A stretch of DNA of 63,616 nucleotides, filler included, from Octopus bimaculoides (Eukaryota): assembly GCF_001194135.2 (NCBI RefSeq). It is 4 parts of 4 records of this genome, joined end to end, with 100 filler letters (N's around TTAATTAATTAA, not from the genome) between each part and the next. Parts side by side here need not be neighbours in the genome. Positions count along the whole stretch, not along the records: positions 30,470 to 62,375 come from NC_068991.1; 3 more parts are not named here. One strand, given 5' to 3'. The notes below the pieces were generated by a model that made no database searches, was not told where the DNA came from, and was given only the letters and a program-made list of their open reading frames with translations. This document shows positions 34,552 to 46,877 of the stretch, piece by piece (the stretch's first letter is position 1; each line of letters opens with the position of its first letter). Both the position numbers and the translations under genes were made by a program.

Positions 34552-35330
34552 GTAAATATCTAGGCAAATGTGTTGCCTGCATTTAGTGCAATAGCATTTT
34601 GTATGTCTATGAATAAATTAATGTTACGTCTTTGTTTGTTTCATTGGTGGTGTTATTCACAGGAACAAGATTAGTAAGAAAATGATAAACCAACTGCAGT
34701 GGCTTTAAAATTGTTAGATTCCTCAATCCGTTATCAGTTATGGATTTAAAGATATGCAACCAGCGAGTGATATAATAGCCAAATATTACAAAATAATCGT
34801 TATTCTTTTTGAAGACGCATGTAAGTTGTTAACGATAAAAGTGAACGTATCTCGTACAGCTAGGGCTAAACGCATTCGGAGATAAGCTCAAACTCTTTAA
34901 TTAGACCAAGGAAAATATAATGCTCACTCATATGGTTTCAACAATTAACTCGTTTCATGCCTGCACAATATAGTCTGTCTGTATGATATTCTTTCATTCA
35001 CGTAGTTAATTAAACAATTATGTTAACAGATATCATTAAGCATTTTATCCACTGCAAACTATAAATTTTGTTCGAGGGGGAAATCTAACGAGTACATTGG
35101 TAAAACCAAGCGTTTTATATCATGTAAAATGTTTCGGCGGTGTATTATTCTATCGATGTGAAAGGAGAATATATGAGACCAGAGAATAAAGAGAGAAAAC
35201 TATTTATTGTAACGGTCTAAAATGCTACAAATTTCGAAGCTCTTTCATACACACACACACACACATGCATACATAATATATATATATATGCATACATAAA
35301 TATGTATGTATTTCTCTGTCTGTCTGTCTA

Positions 35331-35391
<61 letters not shown>

Positions 35392-35417
35392 NNNNNNNNN
35401 NNNNNNNNNNNNNNNNN

Positions 35418-35464
<47 letters not shown>

Positions 35465-35471
<7 letters not shown>

Positions 35472-35660
35472 ATTGAAATTTACAGAAAAACAAAAGACGA
35501 AGACAGGTGTATGAACAACAAGCACATGTATTAGTTTGACTCTCGGGAAAGTGGAAAAGTCTCTTAGGTTTTGAGCCTACGCTCTTCAACAGAAAGCAAT
35601 AAGAGAAAATAAACAGAGAGAGAATTTTTAAAAAAATGTGGATTTAGCGGTCATGCATAC
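35465..35660 (-). mobile_element. Element 'X' copy with a degenerate hammerhead-like fold at 35560-35597
   Basis: GCTTT-CTGTTGA-A-GAGC(GTAG)GCTC-AAA-ACCT-A-AGAGA; the 3' end runs into (TA)n. Confidence 0.7.
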
Positions 35661-36217
35661 ATATAAAATACTGTATAATAATATGGAGTTTATTTATAAA
35701 CCAGGAGATGATATTTCTCTCCCGGCATAAATGTCTGTTAAGCAAGTCCTTCACACGTAAATTGGCAATAATTAGCAAGCGTATATTCGCCTTAATTAAC
35801 CTCAAAATTAGACATACTACTTGATTAGGAAAATTGATGTCCAGTTCTTCAATTATAAACTGATTTCACAGTCTTAAAATAAACACCCCCCAGGTTCGAC
35901 TGAATCGATTTGTTAAACGTTCATTCGTCTCTAAATACCTTTTCCTGAAAGCTGTGAACTTCTAGAAGCAATTGACAACTTCATATTTTATATGTGTGTG
36001 TGTCTGTGTTAGGGGGAGTGTGTGATGATACTATTCAGCATGAATCTGCACCTTGTTTTAGGCTGATTTTGTGAGATAATTATTGGCGAAATAATTTTCC
36101 CTGTAGCCAACCACTCACACCACATTACATTACAAACACCAGTTCAGAGATAGAAAAGAGTAAGTCCATATAGCATAGTACAAAATACACTTTCTCACAA
36201 AACGGCCTAAAATAGAG

Positions 36218-36262
<45 letters not shown>

Positions 36263-37015
36263 CATGTATATTTATATATACATACACAAACACACACACG
36301 CACTTACACACACGCACACACCCACCATACACATGTATATCTATGTACACATATATATGCGCATATACATAGACAAACACAGACACGCATTCACACACGC
36401 ATGCACCCAGATACACACGTACACACGCCCACACACCCATCACACATGTGTATATCCATATACACAGACGCATATACATACACAAACACATACACGCATT
36501 CACACAGGCATGCACACACACACACCAACCGCACACGTGCACACACACACCACACACATCTATATATGTATACACACGCACAAACACATACACGCACTGA
36601 CCCACCACACACATGTATATCAATCTACACATACACATAAGCATACACAACACATACACGCATTCACACACGCAAGCACATAGATGCAGAGACACACGCG
36701 CACGCATATTCTTTTACCCTTTAGTCTTTTACTTATTTCAGTCATTTNNNNNNNNNNNNNNNNNNNNNNNNNNNNNNNNNNNNNNNNNNNNNNNNNNNNN
36801 NNNNNNNNNNNNNNNNNNNNNNNNNNNNNNNNNNNNNNNNNNNNNNNNNNNNNNNNNNNNNNNNNNNNNNNNNNNNNNNNNNNNNNNNNNNNNNNNNNNN
36901 NNNNNNNNNNNNNNNNNNNNNNNNNNNNNNNNNNNNNNNNNNNNNNNNNNNNNNNNNNNNNNNNNNNNNNNNNNNNNNNNNNNNNNNNNNNNNNNNNNNN
37001 NNNNNNNNNNNNNNN

Positions 37016-37217
37016 TAAGCACATGAAACGTGCAACAAGGTGGAAAAAAGAGTACTCAAATACCAGATGTAGAGTAATATGCTTTATTTAAAAGCAGCAG
37101 AAATATAACAAAAACACCGTTACTCTGAGTTTCACGTTCCCGTTCATTCCGATGAACGGGAACGTGAAACTCAGAGTAACGGTTTTTTTGTTATATTTCT
37201 GCTGGTTTTAAATAAAG
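37016..37217. mobile_element. Head-to-head pair of element 'Y' copies forming a 66-bp palindrome
   Basis: Arms 37082-37147 and 37152-37217, loop TCCG, 2 mismatches. Confidence 0.9.
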
Positions 37218-37319
37218 TATATATATATATATATAAACGCGTAAGTAGACAAACGAAGGAAGGGCACACACCCAATTCATCAGGAGTTACATATATGGAT
37301 CAAAAACAGTTTGACTCAA

Positions 37320-37374
37320 ATTCGTTGGTACTCCTGAGTTTCAAGCGTGATGCTAGTCGTCAGCCATTTCGAAT
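37320..37374 (-). ncRNA. Type-I hammerhead motif with a canonical core
   Basis: ATTCG-AAA-TGG-CTGACGA-CT-AGC(ATCAC)GCT-T-GAA-ACTC-AG-GAGT-A-CCA-A-CGAAT; GUA triplet. Confidence 0.7.
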
Positions 37375-37962
37375 TTTAATGAAAGTACACGTACAGAAAC
37401 AAGTAAGAGATAATATTTATACAATTATGGAATAAGGAGTGGTAGAAAGAGACAAAGAGAAAACCATTGAAGTTATACAACAGGTGGAGGATTCGACCAC
37501 TGAACCTAGCAATAAGTACCATAATTTCAGTTATCAAATTCCTGAAATATACCTGACTCTATACACAGTACAGAATTCTCGGTTTCTTAGCGGCATGCGT
37601 ATATGCGTGTATGCAAATACAACATTGCGATCATATGCATAGACGTATCAGACAATTTAACAAAATGTACGTGACTAAAACAATGCATCGACGTATTACA
37701 TTCATCAGCAATTGAAAGAATCAAGTGAAACTTTGTAGTAACTTCTGCCGCATTACTTTTCATCACTCTTCTAAAGTGTAATTCTGGATACAGTTTTCAG
37801 TCTTCGTTGAAAAGATAACTGCATCATAAATTCGCGAATCGCGACGTTCCAACTCTCAGTAGTCGTGTTGTTCCTGTAGTATATATACATATGCATACAT
37901 ACATGCATACACACACACACACACGCGCACACACACACATACACACACATACACACACACAC

Positions 37963-38029
<67 letters not shown>

Positions 38030-38039
38030 GCGTGTGTGG

Positions 38040-38221
38040 AGGCGCAATGGTCCTGTGGTTAGGGCAGCGGACTCGCAGTCGAGGATCGCGGTTTCGATTC
38101 CCAGACTGGGCGTTGTGAGTGTTTATTGAACGAAAACACCTAAAAGCTCCACGAGGCTCCGGCAGGGGACGGTGGTGAACCCTGCTGTACTCTTTCACCA
38201 CAACTTTCTCTCACTCTTTCT
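38040..38221 (+). mobile_element. SINE family 'B' 5' half
   Basis: GGCGCAATGGTCCTGTGGTTAGGGCAGCGGACTCGC..GGTTTCGATTCCCAGAC matches the head of 55218-55582. Confidence 0.85.
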
Positions 38222-38581
38222 NNNNNNNNNNNNNNNNNNNNNNNNNNNNNNNNNNNNNNNNNNNNNNNNNNNNNNNNNNNNNNNNNNNNNNNNNNNNNNN
38301 NNNNNNNNNNNNNNNNNNNNNNNNNNNNNNNNNNNNNNNNNNNNNNNNNNNNNNNNNNNNNNNNNNNNNNNNNNNNNNNNNNNNNNNNNNNNNNNNNNNN
38401 NNNNNNNNNNNNNNNNNNNNNNNNNNNNNNNNNNNNNNNNNNNNNNNNNNNNNNNNNNNNNNNNNNNNNNNNNNNNNNNNNNNNNNNNNNNNNNNNNNNN
38501 NNNNNNNNNNNNNNNNNNNNNNNNNNNNNNNNNNNNNNNNNNNNNNNNNNNNNNNNNNNNNNNNNNNNNNNNNNNNNNNNN

Positions 38582-38615
<34 letters not shown>

Positions 38616-40672
38616 CGTGTGTATTTTACATATGTATATATATAATTATAATTATATATATATGTATATATTTACAATCATACATATGTATGTGTAAGTG
38701 CATGTGAGTGTGTGTGTGTGTGTGTTTGTGGGTGTGTGTGTGTGTGAGTCTGTGTGGTGGTGGTGGTGAGGGGGGAGAACACATGCGTATGTTTCGTGAA
38801 ATTTCTTTAGCCGGGGAACTAATTGCATAATCCTTTGCATTAAATATCTGTGTCTTCTCATGCTGAAATATTACCAGACTGTTTGAGCTTCCTTGTGGAA
38901 TATAATTTAGAAGGTAGCACCAATTATTATCTCCTCTAATATTTCTTCTTTAACCCCTCTACCTTCATCATCATCAATATCTTCACAAATCCCAGTGCAA
39001 GAGCCACCACAATCGAAGCAGTCTGCTCCGCCTGCAATATCTCTTCTGATACTTCTAATAACTCTGCTGTCAGAGCTAATGAACATTCCAGTCGTCTTCG
39101 TTAAACGTTACTTTCTTTCGGCACAGCAACTAAAATACATTCGCTGCGTATTTACGCTGTCTTCAGGAGGAATATGTTCGCTGTACCCCGCGACTGCTTT
39201 CCTTCTGATTTACCGTGTGTTGACAACTTTAGCATTTGCCTTTTTGCCACTACTCTCAAGCAGTGGAGTTTTGTGCTGCGATTTGTCCTACTCTTTGTCT
39301 GGCTATCTTCCAAGTTTGCCGTATCTAGTTTGCCGTATACTTTGAAGACACTAAATGAAAAATCCGGAGGTTATTAAGGACGTGCATTTCCAGGGAACGT
39401 ATTCGACGTCCTGAAAACTGCCATATTCATTGTCGAACTAAAAAAACAACACAGGAACACAATCCTGGCATTATAAGTTGAACTGTGAGTCATTATCTGA
39501 AGTTCACAGTTGCAGATTTTACTTTGAATGGTGCATCTGAATGCTACAGCAACAAGCTCAGACACAAGATGCTGGGAGGAGATCAGACATGACATGGATG
39601 ACCCAGAAGAATGTCAAAAGCTGAGAAAATGTTGATAAATGCTATCAAACATTTGAAGCAGGGTTTGTCGATTTAATCGTCTTCAGTACTTAACATAAAA
39701 CATAATTTTATCAAAAATAGGGAGATGAGAAGGCAGAGCTAATCTTGGTGAGATCTGAAAGTAGAATGTAGAAAAATCGATATAAATACTGCATGATATG
39801 CAGTTGCAGACGCTCCGATAATTCTGCAAATCCACTGCCATATTATAATTATAAGAATAACTGCAACAGCAACAACAGTAACAGAAGCAGAAAGATAAAC
39901 AAAAAAATATTTTTTAAATGTGCTTAAACACGGATTTTATTTATTTTGCTGGACGTTAGACACTTCTTTTATTCTTCTCCTTTTTCTCATCTTGCTTATT
40001 GTATTTCAATGGCAAACGGCTCAGTTCTACTGAATCTATTTATTTTCGCCATAAATATACAAATATTCATCGACACATGTACATACACAAACAAACGTGT
40101 CTGAATAATATGCATGCAACAACATGTAAATGGCAAAATGGATATATGCATAGTAATGATATATCATTTTAACATTTCTTTCGTTGTTATATTTGGGTAG
40201 CAATTTGAGTGATTTCAATCGATAATATCGATCTACTAATACTTATATCTGTCTGGCAAATATTTTATGTGACATAACATGACACAACATAAACAATAGC
40301 GTCTGCATTTGGAACGGTGAAGAGATAACCAGACACATTGACAAAGGGAGCCTGACACACTACTTAGTTGTTGTATACAATGTGTATGTGTGTGTACATG
40401 TGTGTGCGCGAATGTGAGTGTGTTCGTGTTTGTTTGTGTCTGTACGCGTTGAGAGAAGAGGAGAGAAATAATGAGAGAGAGGAATAGAGAAGAGAGGGAG
40501 GGGAAGGAGAGAGGGAGGGAAGAGAGAGAGAGAGTGAGGAGACGGATACAAAAGAAGACGTGATAATTTCCCGATCACAATTATGAATTGCACACTATGA
40601 GAAGTCAAACAATTAATCATGAAAATATTCTGACATGAAACGCGATGAAGAAGGACGAATAAGTAATACATA

Positions 40673-41100
40673 TACAGGATTGGACAAAGTAATGGAAAAA
40701 CCTTAAAATTTCAAACAAATTTATTTTAATACGGGGGTAGGACCGCCTTTGGAAGTAATTACAGCTTGAATTCTACGAGGTATGGACTCTTGCAAAGTTT
40801 GGATTGTTTCCAAAGGAACTTTTGTCCATTCTTCAGCTAAAACAGTTTCCAGTTCTTGTAGTGATGATGGTGGAGGATATCGACTCCTTACTTGGTTTTC
40901 TAAAATGCACCATAAATGTTCCATAATATTGAGATCTGGGGACTCTGATGGCGAGATGAGATTTCTACTTCGCTAGAATGTCTCTTGTGCCATTCAGTAA
41001 CTACTTTAGTTGTCTGAATTGCTGCATTATCATCCCGAAAGATTGCATTTCCCTCCAGAAACAGTTCCACAAGCATAGGATTAATTTAATGAGATAAAAT
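40673..41100 (-). mobile_element. Tc1-like transposon 3' end with TIR
   Basis: SPDLNIMEHLW..LQELETVLAEEW..IPRRIQAVITSKGGPT; TA-CAGGATTGGACAAAGTAATGGAAA terminus. Confidence 0.88.
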
Positions 41101-41107
41101 GCTTAAG

Positions 41108-42100
41108 TATTGCGTTGGCAATTAAGTTCCCACCGTTTTTCTTTTAAATTTTGGAATTTATTGCGTTTTTAAATTTTGGAATCTATTTTTTTTTTTCTAG
41201 TTAATTTTAGTTAAGTTTTCTTTATTTTTCAGATCATTAAAATGGAACGTCAAGTTAAGAAAAACGAGCATTTTCGATACCTCCTTCTTTTTGCTTTTAA
41301 TCAAGGTTCTAAGGCCGCAAACGCTGCTCGTGACATTTGTGCTGTGTATGGAGAGGGTGCCATAGCTGAAAGAACCGCTCGTGATTGGTATGCAAAGTTC
41401 AAAAATGGAAATTTTGACCTCCAAGGCGNNNNNNNNNNNNNNNNNNNNNNNNNNNNNNNNNNNNNNNNNNNNNNNNNNNNNNNNNNNNNNNNNNNNNNNN
41501 NNNNNNNNNNNNNNNNNNNNNNNNNNNNNNNNNNNNNNNNNNNNNNNNNNNNNNNNNNNNNNNNNNNNNNNNNNNNNNNNNNNNNNNNNNNNNNNNNNNN
41601 NNNNNNNNNNNNNNNNNNNNNNNNNNNNNNNNNNNNNNNNNNNNNNNNNNNNNNNNNNNNNNNNNNNNNNNNNNNNNNNNNNNNNNNNNNNNNNNNNNNN
41701 NNNNNNNNNNNNNNNNNNNNNNNNNNNNNNNNNNNNNNNNNNNNNNNNNNNNNNNNNNNNNNNNNNNNNNNNNNNNNNNNNNNNNNNNNNNNNNNNNNNN
41801 NNNNNNNNNNNNNNNNCTTTACCGAATCGTTACTGGCGACGAAAAATAGTGCCTGTACATCAATATGAAGTAGCGTAAGGAATGGCTTAGCCCCGGTAAA
41901 CAAGCGACACCACGCGTGAAACAGGATCTTTATCCACGTAAAACGATGTTGTGCGTATGGTGGGATAGGGAAGGGATTATCCATTACGAATTGCTTGAAT
42001 GGAAACCAAACGGTCAACGCGGAACTCTATGTTCAACAGATGGAACGACTCAACACGGCTATTCAAGAGAAAAGACCTAATCGGCAGCATGAAGTTCTTC
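41108..42100 (+). mobile_element. Mariner transposon, partly hidden by a gap, with stops
   Basis: TA-TTGCGTTGGCAATTAAGTTCC TIR; MERQVKKNEHFRYLLLFAFNQG..ARDWYAKFKNGNFDL; VTGDEK*CLY; CVWWDREGIIHYELL. Confidence 0.9.
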
Positions 42101-42579
42101 TGCTGCTACCCTCCCGATCAGCGCCTTTTCCATTTTGTCTGCAGTTGCCATGAGAAACGTTTCTATACTTTAAGAAGCAAGATCCTCCGTTAATCCATCA
42201 TGCACACTATAAGCTTAGGAGTGTCTCACAGAGATTAATCAAAATACTACTAACTTACTATTGAGGACCTTTATAGATAACTCCAGACATATGTCTCGAA
42301 CAATATGTATAGAAATATACCTATAAGGAGATTCTCTATTTCCTTGTCCTCTTAATTGTAAATTCCTAGAGATTCTTCTTGTTTTTTTTTTCTGTTGTGA
42401 TAAATTAATTTTTAACATTTCAAAATTTTTAACTACCAAGATTTAAAAAAAATTTAATCTTACATCTTGTTTCTCATATATTTATATATATTATCGTTTA
42501 CATTATTCTATAAATCTGATATAATTTTAGCATAATAGCAGGTATCGGATTGCCGAGAATCTCCTTACAAAAACCTTAC

Positions 42580-42647
42580 CTTTAATAATCTGATTCATGG
42601 GGTACACTGAACTCTGGTCAGGGAACCAGTCCAGGATATGGTTTATC
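42580..42647 (-). CDS. Candidate 68-nt exon INHILDWFPDQSSVYPMNQIIK
   Basis: Very strong acceptor ctttcgtttcag| and donor aag|gtaagg; single open frame (phase 2 to 1). Not recognised. Confidence 0.4.
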
Positions 42648-44661
42648 CTGAAACGAAAGCCTGAGATCCTTGACGTTCTTGTTCTTGTTAGTCAATATGA
42701 ATTCTTCTACCTTCAAATCTTGAGGTAATTCTGTGTACGTTATATCCACTCAAAATATATATTCAACTGCACAAGTAGTTTTGGTAGAACAAAGCTCAGT
42801 TAAAATCAGCGGTATTTTTGGCAGTAACCTAACAAAAAACCCTTTTAAAACTCATTGAAATTATCGCAAGTAATATGAGCAGGTGTTAAACATTTTGAGC
42901 TAGAAAGATCTAAGCACACCGAAATGAAAAGAAAATCTCGTAAAATTAAGATTAATTGTCAATGGCGTTGCGAGAGTTTCTCGTTCCTTCTTTAAATGTT
43001 CTTTATACTCAAAAATATTCATATCTTACGCTGGTATGAGATCGCACCATCATGCCAATATGGCTAACGCTTACAAGAACTATTGGACATTCTTTCCAGA
43101 TGAGCAGTCTCAATGCAATTTCTGTCAAAACAATCTGCAAGTCACGTTGAAGACTGGAGAGGCAGTTGAACATTCATAAAAGAAAAACTGAAAATGTAGC
43201 CAATGCTTAATTGAGATATTGCTCACTGGCTCTTGAAACGCCTTTCAGGATTCAAAGGCATTTAAGATTTCATGCGAGGAAAGAGCAGTTATAAATACAA
43301 AAGGCCAAGCTTTGCAACGAGCAGAAACTCATATGTTCCGTTATATGAAAGATCAACAAAAATCTATGCCATCCTGGGAAAGATGAATATTAGTTAATAT
43401 TCACATAATTTAAAACAGAGCTACGAAGAGTTTCATGCTGTAGAGATACAATATTTGACAGGGTTTTATAACATAACATGTGTTACCCAGTAATTCTTGA
43501 GGTTCAGCACATACTGGTATACCTATTTGAAAAAATATGGCTCTAATCTGAGAAAACATACGAGAAAAATCGAGAATAAAAGCATGAAGAAAGTTCATGT
43601 AAAATCTATTGTGAGGAAAAATAAAATAAAAGTAAGAAAAACAAGATGTTCGTTCGCCTTGTCTACATCATTCATAGTTAATCTAGCTGGGGTACAATAA
43701 TATAACGGTTTATGCGAAGGCACTTTTTAAAACAGCTAATGCGAACCACCAGTCTTCTGTCTGATACACTGATATAATTAAAACCACTAAGTTGTTCAAT
43801 CATGTATGAGAACTAAAGACCGATTGCATACCAAGTACAATTAAGTAGAGAACCGTGGAAAAATCTACGCCATTTGTAAATTGATCAAAGCGATGTGCAG
43901 TGAAAGATAAGCATGCTTATTTTCGATCAAATAATTCTCCCATACAACTTAATTGCAGATCAGAAATTGTTCGCAAATCCAAAGCACATGGATAAAATTA
44001 TTTTGTCGAACTGGAGGAACCGACATTCTACAGATTGAGTAGCTCTCTCACAGATTTTGGTGGCCTCTCCGTTATGTTATTCTATGACAGCTAGATTAAC
44101 TATGATTTGTACAGACAAAGGAGTCGAAGATATTGGTTTTCTTGTCTTTCTTTTCTTCTCCTTCCATTTTTACATTACCCTTCTTCGAATATTTTTCTGG
44201 TTATAGATAGGTCTGACGGTATCCACTAAGCTTGGCTGGTGACTCATGACATGTTACATAAACCTGCCAAATTATTGTATCTCTTCGGCTTGAAACAATT
44301 AGCAACTTATTAAAAAATCCTGTGTATATTAAATGATAAGAGAATTCGATTATATACACACATGTGCGCACTTATACATCTACACATATGTATGTATATA
44401 CATATATAAATACCACGAATTTGCGCACATTATGGGTATATCAACGTCCCTCACTTTGTAATTGCATGAGCACTTTGCTTAACTGTGAGTGCAAAAGTAA
44501 AAGCACGTGGTTATGTAGTGTATCACATTTGTACTTAGACACTTGTGTATATTATCGAGTGAATTTTGGTCTTGGCATGTATGTATCAATCCGCGTTTTA
44601 CTTTTTTAATGCACCAGTCCATATACATTTGTATGTATGTATGTATGTATGTATGTATGTA

Positions 44662-44742
<81 letters not shown>

Positions 44743-44751
44743 GAGGGGCAT

Positions 44752-45050
44752 TCCCTCGGTTACGACGACGACTGTCCCAGCTGATACGATCAACAAAAAT
44801 TAACGTACAAGTGGCTCAGCACTCCACAGACAAGTACCTTTAACTAGTTCTCAGAGAGATTCAGCGTGTCACAGAGTGTGACAAGACTGGTCCTTTGAAA
44901 TACAGGTAGAAATCATTTTTGCCAGCTTAGTGGACGAGCGCAACGTGAAATAAAGTGTCTTGCTCAAGGACACAACGCGTTACTGGGAATTGAAGTAATT
45001 ACCTTACGATCGTGAGCCGAATGCCCTAACCACTGAGCCACGTACCTTCA
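44752..45050 (-). mobile_element. SINE with GTGTCCTTGAGCAAGACAC core and family-B tail
   Basis: Reverse complement has GTGGCTCAGTGGTTAGGGCATTCGGCTCACGATCG as head and the B tail. Confidence 0.8.
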
Positions 45051-45207
45051 GGCATACATATGTGTGTGCGTGTGTGTGTATGTGTGTGTGTATGTATATA
45101 TGTATGCTTATAGATATATGTATATATTCATATATATAGAGAGAGACATATACATATTAATTAATTGATGTTTATATTGATAAATAGACAATTAAATACA
45201 CACACAC

Positions 45208-45272
<65 letters not shown>

Positions 45273-46058
45273 ATATGAATGCAAGCACATAATTATATAT
45301 ATAAATAAATATAAAAGGGAAAGTGTAAATGAAGGTAAATAGCGTCTATATAAAATATGTACAAGCTTACTTTCATATTTTCCTCGTTTATAAAGTCTAG
45401 TTTCTAAACGTAGCACGTTTAAATTACATAACAATCACAGGGCTTGTGCACAGAACTAATAAAGCAGATGAAGGAAAGCAGAACTATACAAATGCAATGA
45501 AAATGCTTATATATATGTTTATATATTTTACAAATTTCTAAATCTGGGCAATAAATATTTTACAAATATGCTTGAATGTCTGAAATTATTTGCAAAAATA
45601 GAATGAAAATACATCAAATAAAAGTGAAAATTGATACACAGTATAACGTTTGATATTAAAATGAATAATTTCCATGCATAATAAAGCTATGGTTATAGAG
45701 CCAGAACATATTGAAATATAAAATGACTTAGACGAAAATATATAACTGTAATACATACGTATATTCATATACTTTACTTCAGATACGAATATGTGTTTTC
45801 TAACGGTTGCAGTTTCCAATAAAATAGGTATTGTTTCTATATCCATGTATGCTGAGGTTCCCCGATAGTTCTCTTACTCTATCAGTTATATTTCTACACT
45901 CATATCAAAATAATGTTTCAACCATTCAATGACATAAACACTGTATTTAGCATTATATACGTTACATTTCATATTATTTGTCATAGAAAATATTATATCC
46001 AGTATATCGACATTTGTTTCTTTACTGAGTTTAATGTTAGTGATTAATACCTACAAAA

Positions 46059-46109
<51 letters not shown>

Positions 46110-46816
46110 NNNNNNNNNNNNNNNNNNNNNNNNNNNNNNNNNNNNNNNNNNNNNNNNNNNNNNNNNNNNNNNNNNNNNNNNNNNNNNNNNNNNNNNNNNN
46201 NNNNNNNNNNNNNNNNNNNNNNNNNNNNNNNNNNNNNNNNNNNNNNNNNNNNNNNNNNNNNNNNNNNNNNNNNNNNNNNNNNNNNNNNNNNNNNNNNNNN
46301 NNNNNNNNNNNNNNNNNNNNNNNNNNNNNNNNNNNNNNNNNNNNNNNNNNNNNNNNNNNNNNNNNNNNNNNNNNNNNNNNNNNNNNNNNNNNNNNNNNNN
46401 NNNNNNNNNNNNNNNNNNNNNNNNNNNNNNNNNNNNNNNNNNNNNNNNNNNNNNNNNNNNNNNNNNNNNNNNNNNNNNNNNNNNNNNNNNNNNNNNNNNN
46501 NNNNNNNNNNNNNNNNNNNNNNNNNNNNNNNNNNNNNNNNNNNNNNNNNNNNNNNNNNNNNNNNNNNNNNNNNNNNNNNNNNNNNNNNNNNNNNNNNNNN
46601 NNNNNNNNNNNNNNNNNNNNNNNNNNNNNNNNNNNNNNNNNNNNNNNNNNNNNNNNNNNNNNNNNNNNNNNNNNNNNNNNNNNNNNNNNNNNNNNNNNNN
46701 NNNNNNNNNNNNNNNNNNNNNNNNNNNNNNNNNNNNNNNNNNNNNNNNNNNNNNNNNNNNNNNNNNNNNNNNNNNNNNNNNNNNNNNNNNNNNNNNNNNN
46801 NNNNNNNNNNNNNNNN

Positions 46817-46877
<61 letters not shown>

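Noticed and set aside
34663-34820. Plus-strand exon-like segments with strong sites (also 25664-25696 and 36107-36159)
   Set aside because: The first two are closed in all frames, and the third has no compatible neighbour. Kept only as evidence of the pseudo-exon background.
41242-42095. Intact, potentially active mariner transposase
   Set aside because: There are in-frame stops after the gap (VTGDEK*), and the 3' part and right TIR are missing.
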